Origin: the human T2T-CHM13v2.0 reference genome, Homo sapiens
Length of the DNA stretch: 64,000 bases
NCBI RefSeq assembly: GCF_009914755.1
Contig: NC_060926.1
Direction: 5' to 3' (one strand)
Shown here piece by piece: positions 29,670-43,500 of this stretch (position 1 is its first letter; the number at the start of each line of letters is the position of its first letter). Both the position numbers and the translations under genes were made by a program. The notes below the pieces were generated by a model that saw only the letters and a list, made by a program, of their open reading frames with translations, was not told the DNA's origin and ran no database searches.

Positions 29670-31190
29670 TATTTATTTTTAATGTATGCAACTCAGGTTT
29701 TCAGTATATTCACAAAGCTGTGCAACCATCACCACCACTCTAATTCCAGAAAGAAACCCTGTCCCTACTAGTGGTCACGCTCTTCTGCTGTCAGCCTCTG
29801 GAGGCCACACATTAATTGTTGGTCTGTGTGGACTTGCCTATTCTGGGCATTTCATATAGATAAGATCATACAGTATGTGGCCTTTTGTGTCTGGCTTCTT
29901 TCAGGTCGCATAATGTTTTTGGGGTTCAACATGTTGCAGTATGTAACCATATTTCATTTCTGTTTATGGCTGGATAACGTTCCATGATACAGATACACCA
30001 CATTTTGTTTATCCATTCTTCAATGATGGGTCTTGGGGTTGTTTCCACTTTGTTGGTATCATGAGTAGTCTTGCTATCAGGATTCACATGCAAGTTTTTG
30101 TGTGGACATAGCTTTTCACTTTTCTGGGGTACATACCCAGGCACAGAATTGCAGGGTCATATGGTAGCCTCTATGTTTAACTTTTTGAGAACTGCCACAC
30201 TGTTTTTCACAGCCAATACACCATTTTGTATTTCTACCACCAATGTGTGTGGGTTCCAGTTCCCCCACATCCTCACCTCTCCTGTTATTGTCCACCTTTT
30301 GGATTCCAGCCACTCTAGCAGTGTGAGGTGGTATCTCACTGAGGTTCTGATTTGCATTTCCTTGGTGACTAATGATGTTGAACTTATTTTCATGTGCTTA
30401 TTGGCCAATGTCTATCTTCCTTGGAGAAAGGTCTACTTATATCCTTTCTTATTTTTAAAATTGGGTCATCTGACCCAATTTTACTTATTGTTTCATTGTT
30501 GACTTGTAAGAGTTCTGTATATATTCTAGATGCAAGTCCCTTGTCAGATACATGACTTGCAAATATTTTCTCCCATTCTGTGGGCTTTCTTTTCACTTTC
30601 CCAATGGTGTCCTTTGAAGCAAAAAAGTTTTTCATTTTGATAAAGTCCAACTTATCAACCTTTTCTTTGGTTGCCTGTGCTTTTTGGTGTCATATCTAAT
30701 AAACTACTAACTAATACAAGGTCATGAAGATTTATGCTTATGTTTTCTTCTAAGAGTTTTATACTTTTAGCTCTTACATTTAGGTCTGATCCATTTTGAG
30801 TTAATTTTTGTATATGGTGTGAGGTAGGGATCCAACTTTATTTTTTTGAATTTGGCCATCCCTTGGAGAATCACTTGAATCCAGGAGGCGGAAGCTGCAG
30901 TGAGCCAAGGTTGCACTATTGCACACCAGCCTGGGCAACAAGAGTGAAATTCTGTTTCAAAAATAAAATAAAATGAATTTTGCCATCCTGTTGTCCAGCA
31001 CCATTTGCTGGAAAGACTATTCTTTTTTCCCATTGAATTGTCTTGGCATCTTTGCCAAAAATCAACTGACAATAATTGAGAGAGTTTATCTCTACATTTT
31101 CAATTTTATTCCATTCATCTAGATCTCTGTCCTTATGCCAGTACCACACCGTCTTGATTACTGTAGCTTTGTAATAATGATATAGTTTCC
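29670..31190 (-). mobile_element. L1M (L1MB-like) 3' fragment containing a 5'-truncated + strand Alu (~30865-30973)
   Basis: Minus-strand ORFs give L1 ORF2-like peptides (KEMQIRTSVRYHLT; [18 protein letters not shown]; [17 protein letters not shown]); the Alu is flanked by TGAATTT(G/T)GCCATCC. Confidence 0.88.
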
Positions 31191-31245
31191 CCAGAGGTAA
31201 ACTAGAAAGCATGTTTCTTGCTTGTCTCAGAGGACTATCTAGGCC

Positions 31246-31427
31246 AGTAGTTCTCAAAGTGTGGTGCCTGGACCAGCAGCATTACATAGAAACTTGTCAG
31301 AAATGCAAATTCCCAGGCAACACTCCAGACTTGCTGAATCTGAAACTCTGGGGGTGGGGCCTAGCAATCAGCATTTTAACAAGCCCCGCAGGGGATTCTG
31401 ATGTACCCTAAAGTTTTGCATTCACAG
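31246..31427. mobile_element. MER5A (hAT-Charlie)
   Basis: CAGTAGTTCTCAAAGTGTGG...GAAACTTGTCAGAAATGCAAATT...GAATCTGAAACTCTGGGGGTGGGGCC. Confidence 0.85.
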
Positions 31428-31435
31428 GTCTCTAT

Positions 31436-31625
31436 GTGTGCTGTCCAATGTGTTAGCCACTAGCCACATATGACTATCAAGCACTTGAATTGCAGCTAAT
31501 CCAAATTAAGAAATGCTGTAAGTGTAGAACACACACTGAATTTCAAAGACAGTAGTATAAAAAAATACAAAATATCTCATTCATAATTTTTAGATTGATT
31601 ACATGTTGAAGTAATAATATGTATA
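31436..31625. mobile_element. MER33/MER3-like hAT fragment
   Basis: GTGCTGTCCAAT...TAGCCACTAGCCACATATGACTAT...AGCACTTGAA. Confidence 0.7.
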
Positions 31626-32122
31626 TATACATATATGATTAACATTATGTCCATCCCCCATTAGTCATGGAGCTATATGTTTCAGGGAGAAATTCACCTA
31701 CTGTTCCTTGCAGGGCACGTCCTTGGCATATGCACCAGGAGCTCTAGCTCCCAGAACAGGAACCATCATCAGAAGCAGAGCTGGAAAGGCAGGCAGCCTT
31801 TTCCGGTTCAAACTGGTTTGAAGCAGAGGTCAGAGCTGCTGCTTGTGTTTGGCTTTGGGTTTTGTGTTTTAGCATGAGCGTTCTGCAGCCAGCCAGACTC
31901 TGGGCTACTCCCCTCTCTCCACTGACATGGAAAAGATGTCTGTGTGTTGTGCGGAGCCCCCGGCTGGGGCTTCTGACTTCCATGTTGGGGCCTGAGCTGC
32001 CGCTGATGTGGCGTCCCAACCTGTACTGGACAACCATGTGTCATGGCCTCAGGCTTGCCTCCACCCCACTGTGTAAACCAGCAAGGGCACAGAAGTCCAA
32101 CCCAACTCTGTGGAGCCACTAC

Positions 32123-32936
32123 TGTCACCACAAAGGGGTCCCAATCCAGACCCTAAGAGCGGGTTCTTGGACCTCGCACAAGAAGGAATTGGGAGCCAGT
32201 CCACAGAGTAAAGTGAAAGCAAGTTTATCAGGAAAGTAAAGGAATAAAGAATGGCTACTCCATAGGCAGAGCAGGGGCATGGGCTGCTCAACTGATTATA
32301 CTTATAGTTATTTCTTGATTATATGCTAAACAAGGGGTGGATTATTCATGAACTTCCCAGGAAAGACATGGGCAACTCCCAGAACTCAGAGCTCTTCTCC
32401 CTTATAGACCATATATGGTAACTTCCTGATGTTGCCATGGCATTTGTAAACTGTCGTGGCACTAGTGGGAGTGTATTTTAGCCGGCTAACACATTACAAT
32501 TAGCATATAATGAGCAGTGAGGATGACCAGAGGTCACTCTTGTCGCCATCTTGGTTTTGGTGGGTTTTGCCCAGGTTCTTCACTGCAACCTGTTTTATTT
32601 TTTGTTTTTCATTTATTTTTTCTTTTCTATGTCCCCACCATTCACAATACAGACCAGGCACAGGGCCTGGGCTGAGGTGTATATTAGGTAGGTTTACTCT
32701 AGCTCCTCTTTCTGTACAGCCAGTGTAAGAACGCAGCCTGTGGGTAAGTACCAGGAGGCCTACCGCAACGTGTTTTATCAGCAAGGTCTTTGTGACCTGT
32801 ACCTTGTGTCGACCTCCTATCTCATCCTGTGACTTAGAATGCCTAACCGCCGGAGAATGCAGTCCAGCAGGTCTCAGCCTTATTTTACCCAGCTCCTCCT
32901 CAAGATGGAGTCACTCTGGTTCAAATGCCTCTGACA
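32123..32936 (-). mobile_element. Second MER41 solo LTR, carrying a retroposed snoRNA
   Basis: TG...CA termini; 4-bp TSD CTAC (32119-32122 and 32937-32940); colinear with the LTR at 11776-12714. Confidence 0.92.
32627..32760 (-). ncRNA. SNORA51: Retroposed H/ACA snoRNA copy, SNORA51 (ACA51)-like; function unknown, pseudogene by default
   Basis: 134 nt on the minus strand (GGCCTCCTGGTACTTACC...GGGGACATAG). H box AGAGTA (32695-32700) lies between two hairpins and ACA lies 3 nt from the 3' end (32630-32632). An A-rich tail (~32599-32626) and a 17-bp imperfect TSD (32582-32598 / 32762-32778) flank it. Identity to SNORA51 is from recalled sequence. Confidence 0.85.
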
Positions 32937-33330
32937 CTACTTGAAGATGTGTAGTCCAGGAGCACATTTCACATTTTACAAAGCCATTTCCCATTCCTTG
33001 GTGCCTTGGCCTCCCTCCCTTGGGTCATCTGAGAGAGAGCCCTCAGGGGGAAAGGAACTCAGAGAGGTTGGGTGTCTGCTCAGGTGATGCCGATAGCGTA
33101 TGCTGAGCTGGGCCAGCACCGGTGGGCTCCGACTGATGGCTGCGATGGCTTTCTTTATTTGTGTGGGCAGAGTGGTCAGTCAGTGGGAGGATGATGATGA
33201 GGGTGAGGACATGACAACGAAGTAACATGCCCATCACTTCTTGAGGAGCTACCTCACCAGAGGCCCTTTGCACACATTGCCTCTTTTAATCCAAGCGAGA
33301 CATGATTCATATGCACATTTTACAAATTAG

Positions 33331-33763
<433 letters not shown>

Positions 33764-34165
33764 TAGCTCATTTAAGGCTCTCGATCCCCCCAAGAGGTAG
33801 TTCGTAGGTCAAGCTGTCTACTTTATAGAAGAGCCTGGGAGTCCAGGGTTATCTGACTTGGAGTCCTGTTCATTTTCCTGGGTACCTCCAAAGGCCGCTC
33901 GGTGAGTGGACAGTGCAGTTCTGGAGCCCTCCCCTGGCAAGTCCCGCTCCGGCCCATACCCCGCCCTGTTCCCCAGCAGCCACGGTCGGGTAGAGGGGTC
34001 AGGGAAGCAGGGCAAGAGGGTAAGGCACTGCTCAAGAAACAAAACCAGGTCCTTAACGTCCCTAGTCCTGCCGGGCAGTGTCCCAGGACCCTGGCCTTGA
34101 GATTAGAGAGAGGCAGAGGGCACACGGAATGGGAAATAGAAGAAAATGTACCAGGACATGCTTCC

Positions 34166-34512
34166 TGTCTTATGCTTAGACTGCCATGACGAAATACCAC
34201 AGACTGGGTGGCTTCAACAACAGAAAGTTATTTCTCAGAGTTCCGAAGGCTGGAAGTTCAAGATCAAGGCACTGCTGGCTGATTCCTTTTCTGGTAAGGG
34301 CCCACTTTCTGGCTTGTAGACAGTCACCTTTGTGCTGTGTTCTCGCATGGCCTTTCCTTGGTGCATGGAGAGGGAGAAAGATTTTTCTCTCTTCCTTTCT
34401 AAGACCACCAATCCTATGACTTACAACTCCTTTAACGTTAAGTACCTCCTAAAAGTCCTATCTCCAAATACAATTACATTAGAGGTTAGGGCTTCAACAA
34501 AGGAATTGGGGT
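34166..34512 (-). mobile_element. MLT1A-like solo LTR
   Basis: GAAATACCACAGACTGGGTGGCTTCAACAACAGAAAGTTATTTCTCA...GGTTAGGGCTTCAACA. Confidence 0.8.
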
Positions 34513-35354
34513 GGTGGTGGTCCACAGCAGGGGAGGGGATATTTTAGTTTATCTTGAGCTTGCAAGGATGAAGGGGAAAGAGCGGGGGTGGGGGGGTGGC
34601 ATCGGAACCTGCCTCTGAGTCACACTTTCTGGATGAGCCATGGGCCACAGCATCTGTATCAGGAGTGGTTACAAAACAGCGTGCCTCAGGGATAAACAAG
34701 CTGACCTAATGATCCAATTTTCCCAGCTCTGGTCCATCTACAGATTTGAGGCAGGATCCAGTGATTCTGCTGGCTGACAGGTCATGGTAAATTTCCAACT
34801 CTCCCCTTTCCAGGCACGGCTTTGGTTTCCTGCTGCAGCTGCTGCTGGGGAGTTATCAGGGCATTTCCTCCGCCTGTGAGCTCCTGGGGTCAGGGGAAGG
34901 TTGGGTGGCCAGAGATGCTGCCTCTACCCTAAGTCAGCGTCACCCATGCTATTCCCAGCAGCTGCATTTCTCCACTCTGTAATTACAAATGAAACTGGGG
35001 AATAGAATCAAAAGAGTACCTAGAAACAAGCTAGCCTCTACTTCCTCAAACATTCTGGGGCAGGAGTTTGTGAGCTGGAACAATGTTATTTGCAAGATTC
35101 TCCCTGGTGGATATACACTCAAGTATTAAAGTGCTACAAGGAATTAAAAAAAGAATAGTATTTCTTCCAGAGCCTGTGTGGGCCCAGCACAATGACACTG
35201 AATCTGGCTGTTAAACCTGGCTGTTGCTGATTCTAATATGTGGCCTTGGACATTTCATTTTTCCAAGTATAGCTTTCCTCATCTGTAAAATATGGAAACA
35301 ATCTTTAGAATGTCGGAGATAGTGTATGTAAAGGTACTTCAGAAACAATAAAGT

Positions 35355-36880
<1,526 letters not shown>

Positions 36881-36984
36881 AAAATTGTCATAAAACTAAG
36901 TCAGATATTAAGAACAATCAGAATTACTTCTGTCTTGTTTACAGTCATCATATGAAAAACAAATTGTTTATCTAGCATGACACC

Positions 36985-37407
36985 TGTTATGGGTTGAATT
37001 GTTTCCCTCAAAAGATGCTGAACTTCTAACCCTTGGTACCTGTGAATGTGACCTTATTTGGAAATTGGGTCTGCACAGATGATCAAGTTAAGATGAGGTC
37101 ATTAGGGTGTGCCCTAATCCAATAATGACTGTGTCCTTATGAAAAGGGAAAAGAGACAGGTATATAGAGAAGATGTGAATTCACAGGGAGCGCACATGGC
37201 CATCCATAAGCCAAGGAATGCATGAGGTTACCAGAAGCTAAGAGACAGACATGAAACAAACTGCCCCCCACATCTCTCCAAAGGGGCCAGCCCTGCCAAC
37301 ACTTTGATCTTGGACTTCCAGCCTCCAGAGCTACAAAACAACACATTTCTGTTGTTTAAGTTGCCCAGTTGGAGGTGCTTGTTACATTAGCCCCAGGAAA
37401 TTATACA
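36985..37407 (+). mobile_element. MLT1B/C solo LTR
   Basis: TGTTATGGGTTGAATTG start; GTTAAGATGAGGTCATTAGGGTG; GGAAATTATACA end. Confidence 0.85.
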
Positions 37408-39459
37408 ACATCTTACCTGAATTTGCTTTCTTCTTCGCTCTAGTTAAATTCAAAACTACATATTGAATAACGACGGTGTGCTCTCTCTCCATGAAGCTTC
37501 GGGGTGGGTAGACAGTCCTCCTCTTGAAGGAACAGGAGGGACGCAAGGGAAGGGACCAACTTGTATCTCATCTGAGAGAGATACACTCCTGGAATAAGAG
37601 GTCTGCGGTTAAGTGTGTTTCTCTAGAAGTTCAGAAACAGAGGAAGCATCTGCGGGCTAAGCTGCTGAGGGCTAGGTGAGAGCTAACTGACCTAAGTTTT
37701 GAAGGATGGATGGGTGACAGGTTGGAGGGGGAAGATGGAAAAGTCACATGGGAGAGGAACAGCATGGGCCAAGTGTGGAGGAACCAGTGAGTGGGCTGGG
37801 TTTCAGAAACAGGCCTTGGTCTGCTTTTGAGCCCTCCCTGAACTTTTCCACCCCAACCCCACCTCCTGCCTGTGTCTGCCATGCACCTCCCTTCCTGTGA
37901 GTCTGTGGACAGACTTTGCCCCTTTGCCCTGTGTGTGCTTGGGAGAAATCTGCTCAGTTTCTGTGGCAGGGATGTTTCTACGTGTTCATCAAACCGGCTT
38001 TGTTTACTTCCGAAACACTCATGAAGACCACAGCTGCCAGAGCCCCTTGCATCCTGGTGGGACTGTGCGACTACTTCTGGCCCATGGATGTGGGTGGAAG
38101 TGACGTGTGCTTCCCCAGGCCTGGCTCCTGGACCCCACCGACGGCTTCTCACCTGTAACCCCACCAGCCTTCTACCTGGATACTTCACGGGGAGCTAGAG
38201 TGGCCTTGGCTAAGAAGGAGGCATGGCACCCGCGGGTACCGGGCCGCCTTCATCAGTCGGTGCACTCTGGTCCACCGCCCACATGCCTTCATGTAATCTT
38301 CACTGTAGGGCCCACAGGGAGGGGAACTTCCTCGAGGTCTAGCTTTGCCTTTCCGCCTTCAGAGCCAAGTAAGAATGAGGGGTCTGGGCTCGGCCCACCT
38401 TCCCTGCAAGGCCCTGTGCCCGCTCCCCTCAAAGCTGGTCTTGCATGTTGCTCTGGCGGCCTCTGTAGCAGGAGTTCACTCTGTTTTCCGTGGAGGAGGA
38501 GTGGAAGGAGGGATTCAAGCTCTCCCCTAGAGACGCTAGAAAGACAGTTTTGTCTCAGCCTCATACGATCGCCCAGCTCCACATTTCTGGCTGTTTCTGT
38601 GGTTACCTTTCTTCGGGGATGTTTGGGGCGGGAGGTGGGTGTGTGTGTATATTTGCTCTTCTGAAGCCGTTTTTCCGGAGCTCCTGGTGGGGGTGGGGGT
38701 GCTCTGTCCCTGGTTCCTCTCGAGGCAGGTGCAGGGGATGGAGGATGCCCCCCTCCCCGAGAGCCAGGAGGCGCCGACCCTGGGCAGGAGGTGCCAGACC
38801 GGCGCCTCTCCCGCGTGGAGCTCGAAGACCACAGATGCCTGGAAGGGAGGAGCACCTTCCGTGGTTAGGTGGGGAAACCGAGGCAGAGGCGGCCCAATGG
38901 ACTCGCCTAAACGGCCTGGGGAGTCACTGCAGGTAACCAGAGCTGGAGCCAGGCTTCCCACTCCAGGCCCGGGGCTCTCCCCCGAACAGGCGTGGGAAGG
39001 GGTGCGAGCTGCACGCGGGGCTGGGGCTGGGGGTGCGGGGCTGGGGCAACTCGGCTCTTCCCCTTCCTAGGCCGCCCGGGCCACTTCCTGCGGCGTGGGG
39101 GCGGGGGGCGCGGGCGCAGGGCTGGCCCCTCCCGGGCGCCGCCTCTCGGCCTCTTCTATACCAGCAGGCCAGAGGCCAAGGGTTAGGGGAACAGAACCGG
39201 TGCCCGGCTCCGCCCCTGTCCCGAAAGCCACTGGGGGCTGGGACCCGGCAGGGCCAGGTTTGGGCCGCGAGGGCCGAGGAGCAGCGAGGTGCAGGGGCTG
39301 CGAGGGCCGAGCCGGGCGCTGAGGGTCCGGCAGGGGGCGTGGAGGGGGCGGGGCCCGGAGGGGGCGGGGCCGTAGGAAACTTGAGCGCCCGCCTCTGGCC
39401 GCGCGCCCCGCCCCGGCCCCCGCCTCCGGGTCCCGCCTCCAGGTCCCGCCTTCGCGTCC

Positions 39460-39752
39460 CTTCCTTCCCGGAGCTGGCAGGCGGGCCGCGGCGGCGGCGG
39501 GCAGCGGACGGGCGGACTGACGGGCGCCTCCACCTTGCTCCCTCCCTGGCTGCCGGCTTCCTTTTGTCTTTCTGGGCGGCGATGAGCGCAGGGCCGGCGC
39601 AGCAGCTGCGGGCGCACGGAGGCCCGCGCTGCTAGTCACTCCTCCCGGCCTCGGCGCGCTTGTCCCGGGCAGCGGCCCGGGCCCGCTGCAGCCGCCGCCG
39701 GCGCCGAACTTGGGCTCGGGAAGCCGGCGGACCGCGTCCTGCGCCGGAGCAG
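39460..39752 (+). other. HPCAL1: Non-coding first exon (5' UTR), probably of hippocalcin-like 1; start approximate
   Basis: Lies just downstream of the GC boxes and ends at a good donor CAG|GTAGGG (39752/39753); no coding exon in the next 24 kb. The gene name rests on recalled 5' UTR sequence and gene structure (non-coding exon 1, very long intron 1) and was not verified by search. Confidence 0.55.
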
Positions 39753-40269
39753 GTAGGGAAGGGGCGGGCTGCGGTCTGCTGGCTGCTGGAGTGTGCCCCG
39801 GGCGTGTGCACCCGGCGTGTGCACCGGCGAGCGCTGCGATCCGGCTCTTTGCGTGTGTGTTGTGCGCGCGTGTGTGTGTCCGGGAGTGCCCGCGTTTCTC
39901 TGCGCGGTGGAGTTGTGGGTGACTGCGGACGGTGGTGTGTCTTTCGAATGGCGTGTACTCGTGGGCATCCATGTGTGCCTTAGGTGTGCACATTTTGGAC
40001 TGCGTTTGTGGAATTGTGTGTCGGGGCGCAGTTGCTGGTGGGGAGCGGTGCCTGGCGGGTGTCGTGTGTGAGCAGCTGTGCGCAGAGCGGGGTGGCGGGG
40101 TGGGTGTGGGTGGTCCAGCCCCACGCCCAGAGCCCCCTGTCCCTGCTGGTCGGCGCAGTGCGTAGCTTAGGAGCCTCGAGGACAGCTGGGACCCGACGGG
40201 GCAAGCGCGGGCCTCGCGGGCAGGCTGGGCCAGCCCCTCAGGGGAACAGGTCCGTGCGGCCCACGTGGG

Positions 40270-40521
40270 TCGCCTGTGAGCTTCTGCCAAGGGTGGGGGC
40301 CCACGCGGAGGCGATCCGCTCGTTCCTCCCAGGGCCATGGGGCGACGAGGAGAGCCCTGGCCTCCCCGCGACCCGCACTGCGACCTGGGCCAGACGCGCC
40401 ACCTTCCCCGGTCGCGGTTTGCTTCTCTTTAAAATGAGGACAGCTCCTCCCTTGGGGGCTGTGGTGACAGGTGAAATGAGAACGCACTGAAGACAGCTCT
40501 TGGTCCAAAGCCCCGCACACA
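40270..40521 (+). other. Candidate alternative non-coding first exon ending in a MIR-derived donor
   Basis: Within the CpG island. MIR-like 3' part (TAAAATGAGGACAG...GCACACAGTAGGTAC...TTAGC) provides ACA|GTAGGT; other possible donors at 40470 and 40525. Start is a guess. Confidence 0.4.
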
Positions 40522-43500
40522 GTAGGTACTGTGTTAATTGGATTAGCGTCTCCTGTTTAAAATCCTTTTTTTTTCCCCTTTATCGTGGGTGGGGCCTTAC
40601 ATTTTCCCCGGGCGTGTTTTGTGCCTCTCCCTGGCCCTAACTTAACCGCGAAGCACTGAGATTCGAGAAAGTTTAGCTGCCAGCTGCGCTGCCTCCTGCA
40701 GCACCTCCCGGGCGGCGCCGCCTCCGCGAGTGCCCGAGAGCGCCGCGCTGGGCGCCGGCCCTGCCCCAGCCCCCAGGCTCCCGCGCAAGCGTGGGGGTCC
40801 CTCTCCTGGCCGGGAGGCAGCGACTGCGGAGTTGAGAACCCTTTGGTTCAACAAGTTCCTAGTCCGGGAGGATGCAGCTCAGCTCGTGGAGTCCGAGAGT
40901 CACGGCGTAAAATTGGCGCTTCCCGCACATGCAGATCTCGGGCTCCCGGGGTGTCCCGGCCGCCAAAGGCCACCCCTTTCCTCCTGGCTGACCCCAATTC
41001 CACCAGAGGAGGATGTTTGCCAGGACGCCGAGTCCAGCTGCTGGCCTCGGCATTAGACAACCCCCAGCCCCAGCCCCTGCCATCCCTGCTCCCTTGCAGC
41101 CAGCCTCATGCCGGGGGTGCCACATGGGACACCTCCTCCTAGTCCCACACCTTAATTTAAAACATTTACTTTTGAAACCTACTAGTCGTAAAATTGAACC
41201 GCAGTGAACGAGCACCCAGCTCTTACCACGACTCACTCTCTGGAGAGTTCTGGCGCCTCGGCGCTGGCTCGGACGCAGCAAGGCCAGCTCTAGGGGTCGG
41301 GTGGCTCTCGGCCAGAGCGAAGGATATTCTTTCCCTTCATCGCCTTGGTGTCTTTCTCTGGGGGAAAAAAATCGCCTTTAACCAAGGGAGCCAAGATCTC
41401 ACCAGTGCAGGAGGCTCTCAAAATGGAGCGCCGGCATGGGGTTGGGCTGCGGAGGGGACAGCATGGGCGGCCTTTTGGTATGGATGCGCTTCCCAACTGT
41501 CAGGGGCTACGTGATGGTGTTCCCAGAGAGGCGGGCTGCTTTGCGGGCTTTTAGGAGCCAGGGATAGAAACCTGGTCCGGTTCCTTTGGTTTCCCTCGGC
41601 CGAGACTGAAGCCCTGCAATCCTAGCCATGGCAGGCCAGGGGGATGCGATGAACTCATTTTCTCATTTTTCATCCTGACTTAGTGACAGGGGCACACTTA
41701 GAATGCACCCTGTTTTCTGTTTCATCAAATGATTTTATGTCCTACAAGAAAAAAGGGCTTTTGGTGTGAATCCTACTCTTTCCTCATAATCAGGTTCCAT
41801 AATAATATTAAAAAAAAAATCAGTCTGGCTTTCTCAGCTCAGAAGACAGACCCAAACCCAGGTTTGTGTTTTGTTTTGTTTTTGTTTTTTTCTAGTTAAA
41901 GCCAGCCCTTTGTCTCAAGCAAGCCAGTGTTTTGGCCTTAGATCTATTTCTGTTTCACTTTTGAAAGTGCCTGTAATTACTGAGCTCTTGAGGTTTTATT
42001 GGATAATGTGGCAAAGGGAAGGCCCGGGGGCCCTGCCTCTCCCTTGCGGTGGGATGTGGTGCCACGGTGGCACGTTCTAGCCTTGCCTGCTCCCTCTGCG
42101 TCCCACTTTCATGCTGTTTTTAAGGTGGAACATAAATGTCAATGTGTGATAACAATTTGGGAGACTTTGTCTTTGGAATCCAATAAATGGAAGGTCCTTT
42201 GATCTGTGGAGAAACCAGAACAAGTCAAAACCCCAGAAGAACAGAGATTTGCCCAAACTCCAGCCAATGACCCATTTATTTCCAACAAGCCCTCCTAGAG
42301 ATAGATTCTAAGTGAAATACAAGAACGTGGACACACTCCGTCCCCTTTCTGGCCACAGGGCTGTGCAGAATTAGAAGTGCAGTCTATGGAAGGACAAGGA
42401 CTGGACTTCGCTTGGTGCAAACGCCCCAGCCAGGCGCCCCATACTCACCTAGCACCATTTCACCCTGGAGCTGTTTCCTCCTGTTGAAGCGCTGGTGCTC
42501 ACACCCCCTACCTTCAGGGCTCTGCAAGCACAGTTCCAAGGTCTGCAGCGCGGGTACAGTGCATGCCCTGCTGAGTGTGCGTCAGAGCAGTTGTCTCCCT
42601 GTGACACTTATTCTAAGACCCTTTTTGCTACTCATAAGTGGTAGAGTACCACACTCACTCATGAACCAGTGATAATCCAGGGTACTAACGGGGGCCCCGG
42701 AGTTTATTTGGCACCGAAGATTAAGCTACTTGGCAGCTGAATTTTTATCTAGATTGGGGTTAGGTTTGTATTAAAATTTTGCATTCCAGCAAGCCCTAAA
42801 CCGTGCTTGTTCATTGTGGGATAATGCGTTCAACTGATGAGTTGCCAGGCCAGGATTGATGGGGGATTATGTGTATTCTGCTAGTTTGTCAGCACCTGAT
42901 GTCACTGTGCTGGGGGGTGGGGGAGGCATGTTTGGAGTTAGGATGAGCAGACACTTGTAGATTTTAATCACACTCTACTTTGGGGCTCCCTGCTCTCCTA
43001 TGGTAGCAGGGGGTTTCTGTGTCGTTCTTATGTCCTCATGTAAAGCTGCACATCTGTGAATGTCAGGTAGCTCTTGTGCTTTTCCCCTTAGATTGAGTTT
43101 CTAATCTGGGAATGACAGAGGGTGGCTGTATATGGAGACAGCAGCATGGGCTTAGGGGCTCTTTTGGTGCCAGTTACCCTACGGAAAAAAGGTTTCTTCA
43201 AATCACTTTCTACAAAGACTAAAAAATGGTTGGAATCTAGTGGTGCAGATTGTAATATGACTTCAGGTAATCAATACGGTTTGACAGGTGGAACATTTCT
43301 TAGATGCTGATGAGCAGGGCGCAAGTCTCAAGATTTTTAAATCATCTGAAAAGCACAGTAAATCCTTTAAAGAGCCCTACCTTGGCCATGTTGTTTCAAG
43401 TAAAATTGAATTTCAGAGGCAAAGCTTCACATCGGAGGCATGACGAACTAAAGAAATCCTTCCCAGAGACCTCCACTCTCTTCCTGTTGCCACCCTCCTC

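Larger units (their letters stand above)
38740..41300. promoter_or_regulatory. CpG-island promoter with clustered GC boxes
   Basis: Very high GC and CpG density; GGGGCGGGGC boxes at ~39345 and ~39361 and CCCCGCCCC at ~39406; no clear TATA box. Confidence 0.92.

Noticed and set aside
39067-40338. 423-aa minus-strand ORF and other long ORFs over the CpG island
   Set aside because: Stop-codon scarcity in GC-rich DNA; low-complexity Ala/Arg/Pro/Gly content with no recognisable domain
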